NCBI GenBank assembly: GCA_963838925.1
Contig: CAWISW010000002.1
Span: 64,001 to 128,000 of the forward strand
Direction: 5' to 3'
Length of the DNA stretch: 64,000 nt
From: an uncultured Nitrososphaerota archaeon
GTDB lineage: Archaea > Thermoproteota > Nitrososphaeria > Nitrososphaerales > Gagatemarchaeaceae
The translations under genes and the position numbers were made by a program. Under the pieces are notes generated by a model that saw only the letters and a list, made by a program, of their open reading frames with translations, ran no database searches and was not told the DNA's origin. Shown one piece after another: positions 19,115 to 27,917 of the stretch; the first letter of the stretch is position 1; each line of letters opens with the position of its first letter.

Positions 19115-20691
19115 TGGCGAGCCGGGTGATGGTGAAGAAGGCCACCTACAGGGACTCGATCAGCCTGATGAAGATCTCGAACACCCTCGCCAAGCTCCCC
19201 GGGGTCTCACAAGCCGCCGTCGTGATGGCGACGGAGCTCAACCGGCGAGTGCTGTCCGAGGCGGGGTTCGCGGATGCTGCCATCGGCCGCGCCGCCGGCG
19301 ACGACATGATAGTAGCGATCGAGGCCAAGGACTCCCACTCGCTCGACGCGGCGTTGGGGAAGCTGGAGGCTCTCCTGTCCCCTAGCGAGAGGCCCGCGGG
19401 GGAAAGTGCGCCGCCCACGTCGTTGGGGGAAGCGCTTGAGCTGCTCCCAGACGCGAACCTTGCGGTCATCTCAGTCCCAGGCCAGTTTGCAAAGAGGGAA
19501 GCGATGCAAGCGCTGTCCAGCGGCCTCAACGTCTTCCTCTTCAGCAGCAACGTCTCTCGCGAAGAGGAGGTCGAGCTCAAGAGAGCAGCGAGCAGGAAGG
19601 GCCTTCTCGTCATGGGGCCGGACTGCGGGACCTCGATAATCAACCACAAGGTCCTAGGGTTCGGGAACGTCATCCGCGAAGGCGCGATCGGCCTCGTCTC
19701 CGCCTCTGGCACCGGCCTTCAGGAGGTCACCACCCTCATCCATAAGGCGGGCCTCGGCGTCTCGCAAGCGATCGGCACCGGGGGCGGGGACGTGTCCGAG
19801 CAAGTAGGAGGGCTCACAATGGTCCAGGGCATCGAGATGCTCGAGGCCGACAAGGACACGGACGTGATAGTGCTCATCTCCAAGCCGCCAGCCTCCGGCA
19901 CGATGGAGAAGGTCCTCGGAGTCGCGAAGCGATGCAGAAAACCCGTCCTGGTGAACTTCTTGGGCGGGGAGATCAGCTCGCGCGAGCTCGGGAAGCTCAG
20001 GAGCGCCAGCACCCTCGAAGGCGCAGCGAGGGTCGCATGCGAGCTTGCTGGCGGGAGGCGCCAGGCCGCCCCCGACCCCCTCTCGAAGGCGGCGGTCTCA
20101 GCGGCCTTGGCAGAGAACAGGAGGCTCGCCAAGGGGCAGAAGTACGTCCGCGGCCTCTTCGCCGGGGGGACGCTCTGTTACGAGTCGCAGAGCATCCTTC
20201 AGCCATTGCTGGGCGACGTGTACTCCAACGCCCCGATCAAGCCCGAGTACCACCTCCCAGGAGACGCGCCAAGCAAGAAGCACGTCTGCATCGACATGGG
20301 CTCCGAAGAATTCGTCGAGGGGCGGGCGCACCCCATGATAGACTTCAGCCTGAGGAACATGAGGATAGCGCAGGAGGCCAAAGACCCTGAGACCGCGGTA
20401 ATCTTGCTCGATGTGGAGCTGGGCTACGGCTCGAACGCCGACCCCGCCGGGCAGCTGGCCCCCGCGATCCAAAAGGCCAGAGGTCAGGCCAACGCGGCGG
20501 GCCGGAGCCTGCCGTTCGTCGCTTCGGTCGTCGGGACGGAGGGCGACTTCCAGGGCCTCGCGAGCCAACTGAAGGCCCTCTCAGCGGCCGGAGCGCTGGT
20601 GATGCCCAGCAACGCCCAGGCGACGAGGCTATCAGCGCTGATCGCATCGGGGAAGAAGATAGAAGCGGCGACACTCAGGAGGTCGGACTAG
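19114..20691 (+). CDS. fdrA: FdrA (AllF-like), SucD-related protein
   Basis: YRDSISLM, ISVPG.FA, MGPDCGT, SASGTG.QE, IGTGG.D, GLFAGGTLC.E, GRAHPMID. Confidence 0.9.
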   Translation: MASRVMVKKATYRDSISLMKISNTLAKLPGVSQAAVVMATELNRRVLSEAGFADAAIGRAAGDDMIVAIEAKDSHSLDAALGKLEALLSPSERPAGESAPPTSLGEALELLPDANLAVISVPGQFAKREAMQALSSGLNVFLFSSNVSREEEVELKRAASRKGLLVMGPDCGTSIINHKVLGFGNVIREGAIGLVSASGTGLQEVTTLIHKAGLGVSQAIGTGGGDVSEQVGGLTMVQGIEMLEADKDTDVIVLISKPPASGTMEKVLGVAKRCRKPVLVNFLGGEISSRELGKLRSASTLEGAARVACELAGGRRQAAPDPLSKAAVSAALAENRRLAKGQKYVRGLFAGGTLCYESQSILQPLLGDVYSNAPIKPEYHLPGDAPSKKHVCIDMGSEEFVEGRAHPMIDFSLRNMRIAQEAKDPETAVILLDVELGYGSNADPAGQLAPAIQKARGQANAAGRSLPFVASVVGTEGDFQGLASQLKALSAAGALVMPSNAQATRLSALIASGKKIEAATLRRSD

Positions 20692-20692
20692 G

Positions 20693-20875
20693 ATGTCCGA
20701 GAAGATCGGGAAGAAGTCCATCCTCTCGAGGAAGCTGAAGGTCGTCAACATCGGAGTCTCTACCTTCGCAGACGACCTCCGGTCCCAAGACGTCGTCGTG
20801 GTCCACGTCGACTGGAAGCCCCCCGCGGGCGGAGACGTCGACATGCTGAGGCTGCTCGAGAAGCTGGGGTCGTGA
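20693..20875 (+). CDS. Stand-alone FdrA C-terminal tail domain
   Basis: VVNIGVSTFADDL..Q...VVHVDWKPPAGG...LLEKL matches the C-terminus of enterobacterial FdrA as I recall it. Confidence 0.75.
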   Translation: MSEKIGKKSILSRKLKVVNIGVSTFADDLRSQDVVVVHVDWKPPAGGDVDMLRLLEKLGS

Positions 20876-21816
20876 CCGTGCCTGCGAAGAGGGTCCTTGT
20901 AGCTCTGGGTGGAAACGCCATCCTTCTGCGAGCCAACAAGGGGACGGCCGAGGAGCAGTTCGACAACGTTCGCAAGGCTTGCAGACACCTCGCCAGACTC
21001 ATCCAGCAAGGGCACAGCATCGTCATCACCCACGGAAACGGCCCGCAGGTAGGCGACCTACTCCTGAAGGATGAAATCGCAAAAGACGCGCTCCCGCCCA
21101 TGCCCCTCGACGTCTGCGGAGCCGAGTCTCAGGGCCTAATCGGATACATGATTCAACAGTCATTGAGGAACGAGCTCAAGAGGGTCGGACTCGACCTCCA
21201 GGTCGCCACGGTGCTCACCGAGACCGTGGTAGATGCGAAGGACCGCGCGTTCAAGAGTCCCACGAAGCCCATAGGCCCGTTCTACAGTGAGAGCGAGGCT
21301 TCCCGGCTCAAGAAGACCAAGGGCTGGTTCCTCGCAAACGACAGCGAGCGAGGCTACAGAAGGACGGTGCCCTCGCCGACTCCGCTCGAGATAGTCCAGG
21401 GGCCGACGATCCGAGAGCTCATGGACCTCGGGGTCATCGTGATCGCTGCGGGCGGCGGCGGCATTCCGATCACCGTGGAGAGCGAGGCACGCGGCGTCGA
21501 AGCCGTGATTGACAAGGACCTTGGAGCAGCGGTCTTGGCAAGCGTGGTGAAGGCTGAGGTCTTGATGATCCTGACGGACGTGGACTCGGTCTACATCGAC
21601 TACAACAAGCCCTCTCGACGTCCCATGGCCAAGTTGTCCGTCGCGGAGTGCAGGAGGCTGCTCGAGCAAGGCCAGTTCCCCTCCGGGAGCATGGGGCCGA
21701 AGGTCGAGAGCGCGGTCAAGTTCTTAGAGTCTGGGGGAGAGAGCGCCATCATCACCTCGTTGGAGTTGGCCGAAGAGGCCCTCGCCGGCAAGGCCGGGAC
21801 GACCGTGGTCCTCTGA
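20872..21816 (+). CDS. arcC: Carbamate kinase
   Basis: ALGGNA, THGNGPQVG, PTKPIG, GGGGIP, EAVIDKD, GSMGPK. Confidence 0.95.
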   Translation: MTVPAKRVLVALGGNAILLRANKGTAEEQFDNVRKACRHLARLIQQGHSIVITHGNGPQVGDLLLKDEIAKDALPPMPLDVCGAESQGLIGYMIQQSLRNELKRVGLDLQVATVLTETVVDAKDRAFKSPTKPIGPFYSESEASRLKKTKGWFLANDSERGYRRTVPSPTPLEIVQGPTIRELMDLGVIVIAAGGGGIPITVESEARGVEAVIDKDLGAAVLASVVKAEVLMILTDVDSVYIDYNKPSRRPMAKLSVAECRRLLEQGQFPSGSMGPKVESAVKFLESGGESAIITSLELAEEALAGKAGTTVVL

Positions 21817-21900
21817 CGGCCGACCTCTGGGCGTGCAGAGATGCTGGAATCCCGCTGACAAGGTCTAATAGCTGACAGAAGGCTCGAGAGAAAGGAGACG

Positions 21901-23391
21901 TTGAGACGCAGGAGCATCCTGGCGGTAGCCCTTGTCGCCCTGCTTCTCGGCGTAGGCGCATTTGCAGCCCTCCGCCCCCCTCCCGCTTCCGGTTGCCCGC
22001 CTTTCCTGCGGAGTCCCGTCGTCAAGAGCCAGCTCGCCTCGAGGACCTTCGGCGCCGTCACGACCTTCTCTCTTCCTTCTCCGGAGAGGTGGCCGAACGC
22101 GATCACGGTCGCGCCAGACGGCTCGGTCTGGTTCGGCGAGGAAGCGGTCCCGGGGCTCGCGCACCTCTACTTGACGAACGGGACCCTCGTCGAGTACTCG
22201 TTCCCTGGCAACTATCCGGCAAGCTCCCCGGAAGGATACACGTGCGCAGACAGGACTGACATCTGGGGGGTGGCGCTCTGGGACGGGAGGGTCTGGGCCT
22301 CCGACTCAGCCCAGAACAGGCTGGTCGGTCTGGACGCGTCGAACGACACTTTCGAGGTCGTCCCGCTCCTGGCCGCAGACTCGCTGCCATATACTCTCAC
22401 GCCGGGGCCCGACAACGCGCTCTGGTTCACCCAGATCCATTCTGGGCAGATCGGGACCCTCTTCGGCAATGGCACGCTCTTGGAGCACTCCGTCCAAGTC
22501 CCCGAACACCTTCCAAACTCCTCGGCCACCGTCAGCGCGCCCGGGGTCCCGGCTCAGATTGTCTTCGCCAACAGCACCACCGGGTATTATGTCGACGCCT
22601 CGCCCCTGATCAGCGGCCCTGCGGTCTTCGCCTTTGACCCGGCGCACTTCAGCCCGGAGCCCGTGGGAGGAGGAAACCAGAGCCTCTCCGACCCCGACAG
22701 CCTCTCGCTCGGGGCTGGTGGACTGTGGATCGCACAGCATGGTGACTCGAGCCTGGCGTTCAACGGCCTCGAGGGCGGAAACTGGACGCTCTATCCCACC
22801 TCGCGCGTCGTCTACGTCGATACCACGCTCCCATACTTCGTGGAGACGAACGGCTCCCTCGTCTGGTTCAACGAGCACTATGGAAACAGAATCTCTGAGC
22901 TGAACGCCCAGTCCAAGACGTTGACGGAGTACAGCATCTCCGACCCAGCGGCGGGCAACATGTCCCAGATAGACAACGCCCTGACGTTTGCCCTGGGCGG
23001 CGGGAGGGCGTGGTTCACCGAGTCGACCTCCGACGCGGTGGGGTTCGTCGACGCCTCATACCAGCCGTCCTTCTCGATTTCCGCGGCCGAGAACTCCAGC
23101 CTCACGGTCCCGAGAGGTGGAAGCGCGAGTCTTCAGGTCGAACTCCGTGGGAGCGACTCCTCCCCCATCTCGATTCAGTTGTCTTACGCCGGGACGTCCG
23201 CCTCGGCAGGGATGAACATCACGATGGGGGCTGACAAGAGCGAGATAGGCCAGCTGGCGGGCACCCAGAATCTCAAGGTCAGCATCGATGCAGGCCATGA
23301 CACGCCCTCAGGAAGTTACACTCTGCTTGTTACCGCCACGGACGGCCTGGTATCGCAGTCCGTGTACGTCAAACTCTCAGTCGTCCCGTAG
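21901..23391 (+). CDS. Secreted Vgb (virginiamycin B lyase)-like beta-propeller protein with a C-terminal Ig-like domain
   Basis: Signal peptide and repeated PDG.VWF.E / PDNALWFT / VWFNEH / AWFTE blades. Confidence 0.75.
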   Translation: MRRRSILAVALVALLLGVGAFAALRPPPASGCPPFLRSPVVKSQLASRTFGAVTTFSLPSPERWPNAITVAPDGSVWFGEEAVPGLAHLYLTNGTLVEYSFPGNYPASSPEGYTCADRTDIWGVALWDGRVWASDSAQNRLVGLDASNDTFEVVPLLAADSLPYTLTPGPDNALWFTQIHSGQIGTLFGNGTLLEHSVQVPEHLPNSSATVSAPGVPAQIVFANSTTGYYVDASPLISGPAVFAFDPAHFSPEPVGGGNQSLSDPDSLSLGAGGLWIAQHGDSSLAFNGLEGGNWTLYPTSRVVYVDTTLPYFVETNGSLVWFNEHYGNRISELNAQSKTLTEYSISDPAAGNMSQIDNALTFALGGGRAWFTESTSDAVGFVDASYQPSFSISAAENSSLTVPRGGSASLQVELRGSDSSPISIQLSYAGTSASAGMNITMGADKSEIGQLAGTQNLKVSIDAGHDTPSGSYTLLVTATDGLVSQSVYVKLSVVP

Positions 23392-23447
23392 ACGCCATCC
23401 AGGCGGCTCCCCCAAGGAGAGAGGCGTCCTCGGGGCACGGTTGCCAA

Positions 23448-23475
23448 TCGTGAGAATCGTCTTCCCCTCTTATTA
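23448..23475 (+). promoter_or_regulatory. Upstream site TCGTGAGAATCG plus TATA-like box of the ABC exporter
   Basis: The same 12-mer occurs at 26622-26633 with identical spacing to an AT-rich box. Confidence 0.55.
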
Positions 23476-23510
23476 GGGTTCGGCGAGGCGTTAGACTCGG
23501 TTCGGGGCGC

Positions 23511-24596
23511 ATGATCGAGTCTTCCGTATCACACCCGCAGGGTCAGGTGCACGCCGAAGGGGCACCAGGCATGACGGGGACGGCCACGCAAGCCATGGAG
23601 GTCTTGAAGCTCGAGAATCTCACCAAGAGCTTCGACGGGAAGACGAACGCCGTGGACCATGTCTCTTTCTCGGTGATGCAGGGGGAGATCTTCGGGTTCT
23701 TGGGCCCGAACGGGGCTGGAAAGAGCACCACGATAAACATGCTCACCACGATCCTGCGCCCGACCTCAGGAAATGCGACGGTCTGCGGCCACGATCTGAT
23801 CAAGGAGCAGAACGCGGTGCGAAGGAGCATTGGCGTCGTGCCGCAAGAGTCCACCGCCGACGAAGACCTTACCGGCATCGAGAACGTCCTGCTGTGCGCA
23901 GACTTTTACGGAATATCCAGGAAAGTTTCCAAGCCGCGCGCACAGGAGCTTCTCAATCTGGTCGAGCTCGCCAAGTACGCCGGCAACAAGGTCAGCACGT
24001 TCTCAGGGGGAATGAAGAGAAGGCTGGAGCTGGCCTCCGGCCTCATCAACCGCCCTAGGCTCCTCTTCCTCGACGAGCCCACCCTGGGCCTCGACGTCCA
24101 GACCAGGGCGGCGGTGTGGGACTACATTCGGAGGCTGAAGGAAGACTTCCACATGACGCTGTTCATGACGACCCACTATCTAGACGAAGCCGACAACCTC
24201 TGCGACAGAATCGCCCTCATCGACCACGGAAAGATACTGACCCTCGGTTCGCCGAGCGAGCTCAAGGCTAGCATCGGGGGGGACATAATCGAGGTGCAAG
24301 TCCAGGACGGTGCGGCCGACCTGTCTCCTGCGATCAAGGGGATCGCCAACGTAGTGGACGTCAGAAGGATGGAATCTGATTACAGGATCAAGTCCTTGCT
24401 GGGAGAGGAGACCGCGCCGGCCGTGCTGGAAGCGGTGAGGTTGGCTGGCGCGAAGGTCACAAAGATCTCGATATCCAAGCCCTCGCTCGACCAAGTCTAC
24501 TTGGAGTACACGGGCCGGTCGATCAGGGAAGAGCGCGCTGAGAGCGGCTCTCAAGCTCCAAGACACGGGATGATGGGGATGAGGAGAGGAAGGTAG
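23511..24596 (+). CDS. DrrA-like ABC exporter ATP-binding protein
   Basis: GPNGAGKST, FSGGMKRR, LFLDEPTLGLD, TTHYLDEAD. Confidence 0.93.
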   Translation: MIESSVSHPQGQVHAEGAPGMTGTATQAMEVLKLENLTKSFDGKTNAVDHVSFSVMQGEIFGFLGPNGAGKSTTINMLTTILRPTSGNATVCGHDLIKEQNAVRRSIGVVPQESTADEDLTGIENVLLCADFYGISRKVSKPRAQELLNLVELAKYAGNKVSTFSGGMKRRLELASGLINRPRLLFLDEPTLGLDVQTRAAVWDYIRRLKEDFHMTLFMTTHYLDEADNLCDRIALIDHGKILTLGSPSELKASIGGDIIEVQVQDGAADLSPAIKGIANVVDVRRMESDYRIKSLLGEETAPAVLEAVRLAGAKVTKISISKPSLDQVYLEYTGRSIREERAESGSQAPRHGMMGMRRGR

Positions 24597-24620
24597 AGGA
24601 GACTCTGGTGAAAGACGCGG

Positions 24621-25586
24621 ATGACTGATACAGAGACAACGACCGAGGGCCAGAGGCCGCCCGAACCTACGAGTCTACGTGGAAGCGCGAATCAGAGCTC
24701 GCTCCCGTCGTTTGACCAAGAGGCCCGGGTCAACACCAGCCCGGCGCACGGCGTTTGGGCCCTCACCAACAGAGACCTCAAGAAATGGTACAAGTCTCCC
24801 TTGATGCTCCTCCTGACGCTGATCCAGCCCGTCCTTTGGCTTGGACTCTTCGGGAAGGCAATGAACATCGGAGGGATCTTCACCGGCAGCTCCTTCAGCA
24901 TCCCCGGGCTCAACATACCAAAGGCGGAACTCAACACCATTGCGTCGCAGGTGATGCAGAGCACCTTCGGGACGACCGATTACTTCTCCTTCCTGGCGGT
25001 GGGGATGCTCTCCTTCATCGCCCTGTTCATGGCCATGAGCAGCGGAAACTCGGTCGTCTGGGACCGGAGGCTAGGGTTCCTCAACAAGGAGCTGAGCACC
25101 CCTCTCTCGCGCTTCGCCATACCTCTAGGGAAGGTGTTTGCGTCCATAGTCCGAGGACTGACCCAGGCGGCCATTGTGCTCGTCATCGCGGTGTTGCTCG
25201 GACTCGACGTCTCGCACTTCACGGTCCTCGGGATCCTGGGCAGCTTCACCGCGCTCTTCCTGATGGTGATGGGATTCTCTTCGCTCTTCGTCATGCTCGC
25301 GGTCCGCTCCTCGAACCAGGACACCCAGATCATGATAGTCAACCTCCTGAACTTGCCCCTCCTCTTCGCCAGCAACGCGATGTTTCCCTCAAAGCTGATG
25401 CCCGGCTGGCTCCAGCCGATAGTTCAGGTGAACCCCATCAGCTACGCGACCGACATCTCTCGCCAGCTTCTGCTCGGCTCTACGGGGATGGCGCGCCTTC
25501 AATTCGACTTCCTCTATCTGGGCTCCTTTGCGCTTGTGCTCACGGTCCTTGGGATGATAGTGTCGTGGAGATTCCTCTCCAAATAG
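24621..25586 (+). CDS. ABC-2 (DrrB-like) permease
   Basis: QPVLWLGLFG, WDRRLGFL..EL.TP, PLLFASNAMFP, NPISY. Confidence 0.9.
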   Translation: MTDTETTTEGQRPPEPTSLRGSANQSSLPSFDQEARVNTSPAHGVWALTNRDLKKWYKSPLMLLLTLIQPVLWLGLFGKAMNIGGIFTGSSFSIPGLNIPKAELNTIASQVMQSTFGTTDYFSFLAVGMLSFIALFMAMSSGNSVVWDRRLGFLNKELSTPLSRFAIPLGKVFASIVRGLTQAAIVLVIAVLLGLDVSHFTVLGILGSFTALFLMVMGFSSLFVMLAVRSSNQDTQIMIVNLLNLPLLFASNAMFPSKLMPGWLQPIVQVNPISYATDISRQLLLGSTGMARLQFDFLYLGSFALVLTVLGMIVSWRFLSK

Positions 25587-25681
25587 AGGAGAAGGCGTGA
25601 CCGCTGTCTTCCCCGCAGGAGGAACAACGACATAACGTCAGGAAGGGATTTCAATGACCAGGGCGATCGTGGGGTCTGACG

Positions 25682-25981
25682 ATGGCAAGAAAGCACTTCA
25701 GGCTAGTTGCCAGAGTGAGCAGCTCGAGCCCCAAGCTCATCAAACCCGTCCTTGAGGCGCTAATCCGAAGTGGATCTGTGAAGGAGGAGGGCGGCGAATA
25801 CATCATCCGGGCGGATATGGAGGGCGAGAGCGCAAAGGACCTGAACCGCTCTCTCCTTTCAGCCCTGAGGAGAGCGGAGAAGAAGACTCGGCTGCGCGCA
25901 GAATGGGTCTCGGACGACGGCGATACGCAGCGCTTTTTCGATTACGTCCTGAAGAAGACCATCAAAGCCGCCCCGACGTGA
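25682..25981 (+). CDS. Small hypothetical protein
   Basis: 99-aa ATG-initiated ORF with coding-like codon usage and no recognised motif. Confidence 0.55.
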   Translation: MARKHFRLVARVSSSSPKLIKPVLEALIRSGSVKEEGGEYIIRADMEGESAKDLNRSLLSALRRAEKKTRLRAEWVSDDGDTQRFFDYVLKKTIKAAPT

Positions 25982-26032
25982 GCCGCCTTCCAGTGTGGCG
26001 ACTTCGGCGGACGGAAAAGGCGGGGCGCCCGG

Positions 26033-26548
26033 CTACGAGTGCATGGGCTTGAGCGGAATCAGCCTGAACACGCAAGCTGCCCCTCCCGTCTTGCAGCACT
26101 CCAACTCGTCGAAGTGGAGCTTGGTCCCCAATGCGTCGCGGAACACAGTTTCGAGCAGGCTCTTCTTGAAGGTGCACGGACGTGGGGGGTAGCCAGCCCT
26201 CGTAGCGTCGCAGTCGTAGCAGTCGTACAGCTTGATCGTTTCGGGGTCAGACCTGGTGAACACTATGTTTGCCAGCCGGTTCTCGCTCCAAAATGGCGCC
26301 AGCACCTCCAGAACGGCGCTAGGGCTCCCCTTCTTCTTGGGGAAGAGAGCCTTGGCAACGTCATGGCCGAACACCATCGCCAGTCTCTCGACGGCCGTAC
26401 CCTCGGTCTGGGGACTCAGCAGGTCTAGGTCCTTCGTGGCCTGCATCGCGAACCTAATCGACCGAGCCAAGTCTCTGTCTGGTGTCATCATCGATCGCGC
26501 CAAGTTTCCCCTAGTCCTTGCAGGACGATTGTAGGGGCTTGCAGTCAT
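26033..26548 (-). CDS. V4R-domain (4-vinyl reductase) ligand-binding protein
   Basis: DCYDC...PCTF...ELECC..G..ACVF, the V4R Cys pattern. Confidence 0.75.
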   Translation of the reverse strand: MTASPYNRPARTRGNLARSMMTPDRDLARSIRFAMQATKDLDLLSPQTEGTAVERLAMVFGHDVAKALFPKKKGSPSAVLEVLAPFWSENRLANIVFTRSDPETIKLYDCYDCDATRAGYPPRPCTFKKSLLETVFRDALGTKLHFDELECCKTGGAACVFRLIPLKPMHS

Positions 26549-26558
26549 AAGGCGTTCA

Positions 26559-26572
26559 CCTAATCGCTTAGG
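26559..26572. promoter_or_regulatory. Operator-like palindrome CCTAA-N4-TTAGG (copy 1)
   Basis: CCTAATCGCTTAGG, 10 bp upstream of the V4R start codon. Confidence 0.55.
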
Positions 26573-26613
26573 CCGCCGACTGGTCCCGGCCGTATCAGCA
26601 CCGCACCAGGCCT

Positions 26614-26631
26614 ATTCTCAGTCGTGAGAAT
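26614..26631. promoter_or_regulatory. Palindrome ATTCTCA-N4-TGAGAAT upstream of the TATA box of the HTH-10 gene
   Basis: Perfect 7-bp inverted repeat; TTAAATA follows at 26644. Confidence 0.55.
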
Positions 26632-26658
26632 CGCGTCGTCGGATTAAATAGTCGGGGG

Positions 26659-26672
26659 CCTAACCGGTTAGG
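26659..26672. promoter_or_regulatory. Operator-like palindrome CCTAA-N4-TTAGG (copy 2)
   Basis: Perfect palindrome CCTAACCGGTTAGG between the TATA box and the TTG start at 26680. Confidence 0.6.
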
Positions 26673-26679
26673 GAGCAAG

Positions 26680-27369
26680 TTGCTCAGACAAGTTTCGTTG
26701 AAGCTCGAGGCGGAGACACAGGTTCAGGCCCTGGCAAGGAAGCACGAATCCACGATAACAGTGTTGGACTGCAAGGAGCTCAACAAGAAGGAGATGACGT
26801 TCCTGGTGGACATCTCGTCACCCAGCCGGAACGCAGGCGAAGTCATAGCCGACCTGAAAGAGGAGAAGGTCTTCAAGAAGGTCTACGCGGGGGAGACGTC
26901 GGGACGTCCATCCAGGAGCCTGTGCGTGGCCATCCTCGATAGGCCTGGACTGTGCCAAGCAGTCCTGGAAAGCGGGGCATTCTGCCTCAGCTGTCCATAC
27001 AGCAAGTCCGAGGCCGACGGCATGTGGAGGCTGCTCGTGAAGGACTCCGTCCAGCTCAAGACGCTGCTAGCACGTCTGGACGACCTCCACATCAGGGCTT
27101 CAATCGGAGGGGTCTCGGAGGTGAAGAGCGAGGGCCGGCTGACTTCTCGCCAAAAGGAGATCCTAGGCAAGGCGATGATGCTGGGCTACTTTGAATTCCC
27201 GCGCAGGATCAGCCTCACGGAGCTCAGCAAGCACATCGGAATCAAGCCGTCCACACTCTCTCAGGTGCTGAGGGCTGCAGAAGAGAAGGTGATGGCAAAG
27301 TATGCGTCCGAGATGAACGTCAGCAAGATCGCCTATCCTCAAAACCAGCCTTTCACGCTCGGCTCGTAG
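26680..27369 (+). CDS. Bacterio-opsin activator-type (HTH-10) transcriptional regulator
   Basis: C-terminal LTSRQKEIL..A...GYFEFPRRISLTELS..IGI..STLS..LR.AEEK. Confidence 0.9.
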   Translation: MLRQVSLKLEAETQVQALARKHESTITVLDCKELNKKEMTFLVDISSPSRNAGEVIADLKEEKVFKKVYAGETSGRPSRSLCVAILDRPGLCQAVLESGAFCLSCPYSKSEADGMWRLLVKDSVQLKTLLARLDDLHIRASIGGVSEVKSEGRLTSRQKEILGKAMMLGYFEFPRRISLTELSKHIGIKPSTLSQVLRAAEEKVMAKYASEMNVSKIAYPQNQPFTLGS

Positions 27370-27411
27370 CGAGAACGCCCCTCGCTAGGCGCGTCGCGCT
27401 GGAACAGCGTT

Positions 27412-27425
27412 CCTAACTCGTTAGG
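27412..27425. promoter_or_regulatory. Operator-like palindrome CCTAA-N4-TTAGG (copy 3)
   Basis: CCTAACTCGTTAGG upstream of ORF 27448. Confidence 0.55.
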
Positions 27426-27447
27426 TGCAACCGCTTTATCTCGTGGG

Positions 27448-27756
27448 ATGATTATTCACGACCGGAAGTTGAGCAACGAGCCTACGGGCAAACCCGGGAA
27501 GACCGGATGGTCGACCACCCAAAGGTGCTCCTGGACAGTTCTGGACAAGGATGGCAATCCTTGCTGCAGGTACGCGCCACTCAGAGAGCAGATCGGGATT
27601 CTTGAGGCCGCCCAATTCACCCTCTTCGACCAGAGCTACGTGTCAAGGGCAATCGCCTATTGGCGCGAGAACTTTCCAGAGGACTACACCTACTCCTGCA
27701 CCCCCGGGAACTGCCCAAGCAAAGTGGCCCGTTTCCTGAGCCTGCTCCCAGGCTAG
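27448..27756 (+). CDS. Small Cys-containing hypothetical protein
   Basis: 102 aa with C, CC and CxxxxC; preceded by a palindrome and TTTAT. Confidence 0.5.
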   Translation: MIIHDRKLSNEPTGKPGKTGWSTTQRCSWTVLDKDGNPCCRYAPLREQIGILEAAQFTLFDQSYVSRAIAYWRENFPEDYTYSCTPGNCPSKVARFLSLLPG

Positions 27757-27816
27757 ATCGTCTCGAACCTAAAACGCAACATCCCATAGTCTCGGGAAAG
27801 AAGGCCAATTTCTCGC

Positions 27817-27845
27817 GGTATTCCTAGGGGATTTCTAGGAATGCC
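27817..27845. repeat. Inverted repeat/hairpin GGTATTCCTAG-N7-CTAGGAATGCC
   Basis: 11-bp arms with one mismatch (G:U-compatible) in the intergenic region. Confidence 0.55.
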
Positions 27846-27917
27846 TGTTCCACGCGTGTGAGCTAGATTAACGGTCCCCGCCCCTGCACAAGTCAGGAAA
27901 GGGGGTGAAACCGAAAA

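Noticed and set aside
21901-25586. Antibiotic-resistance island (Vgb lyase + DrrAB)
   Set aside because: The Vgb-like protein is a secreted beta-propeller and the ABC-2 exporter is generic, so no substrate can be inferred from sequence.
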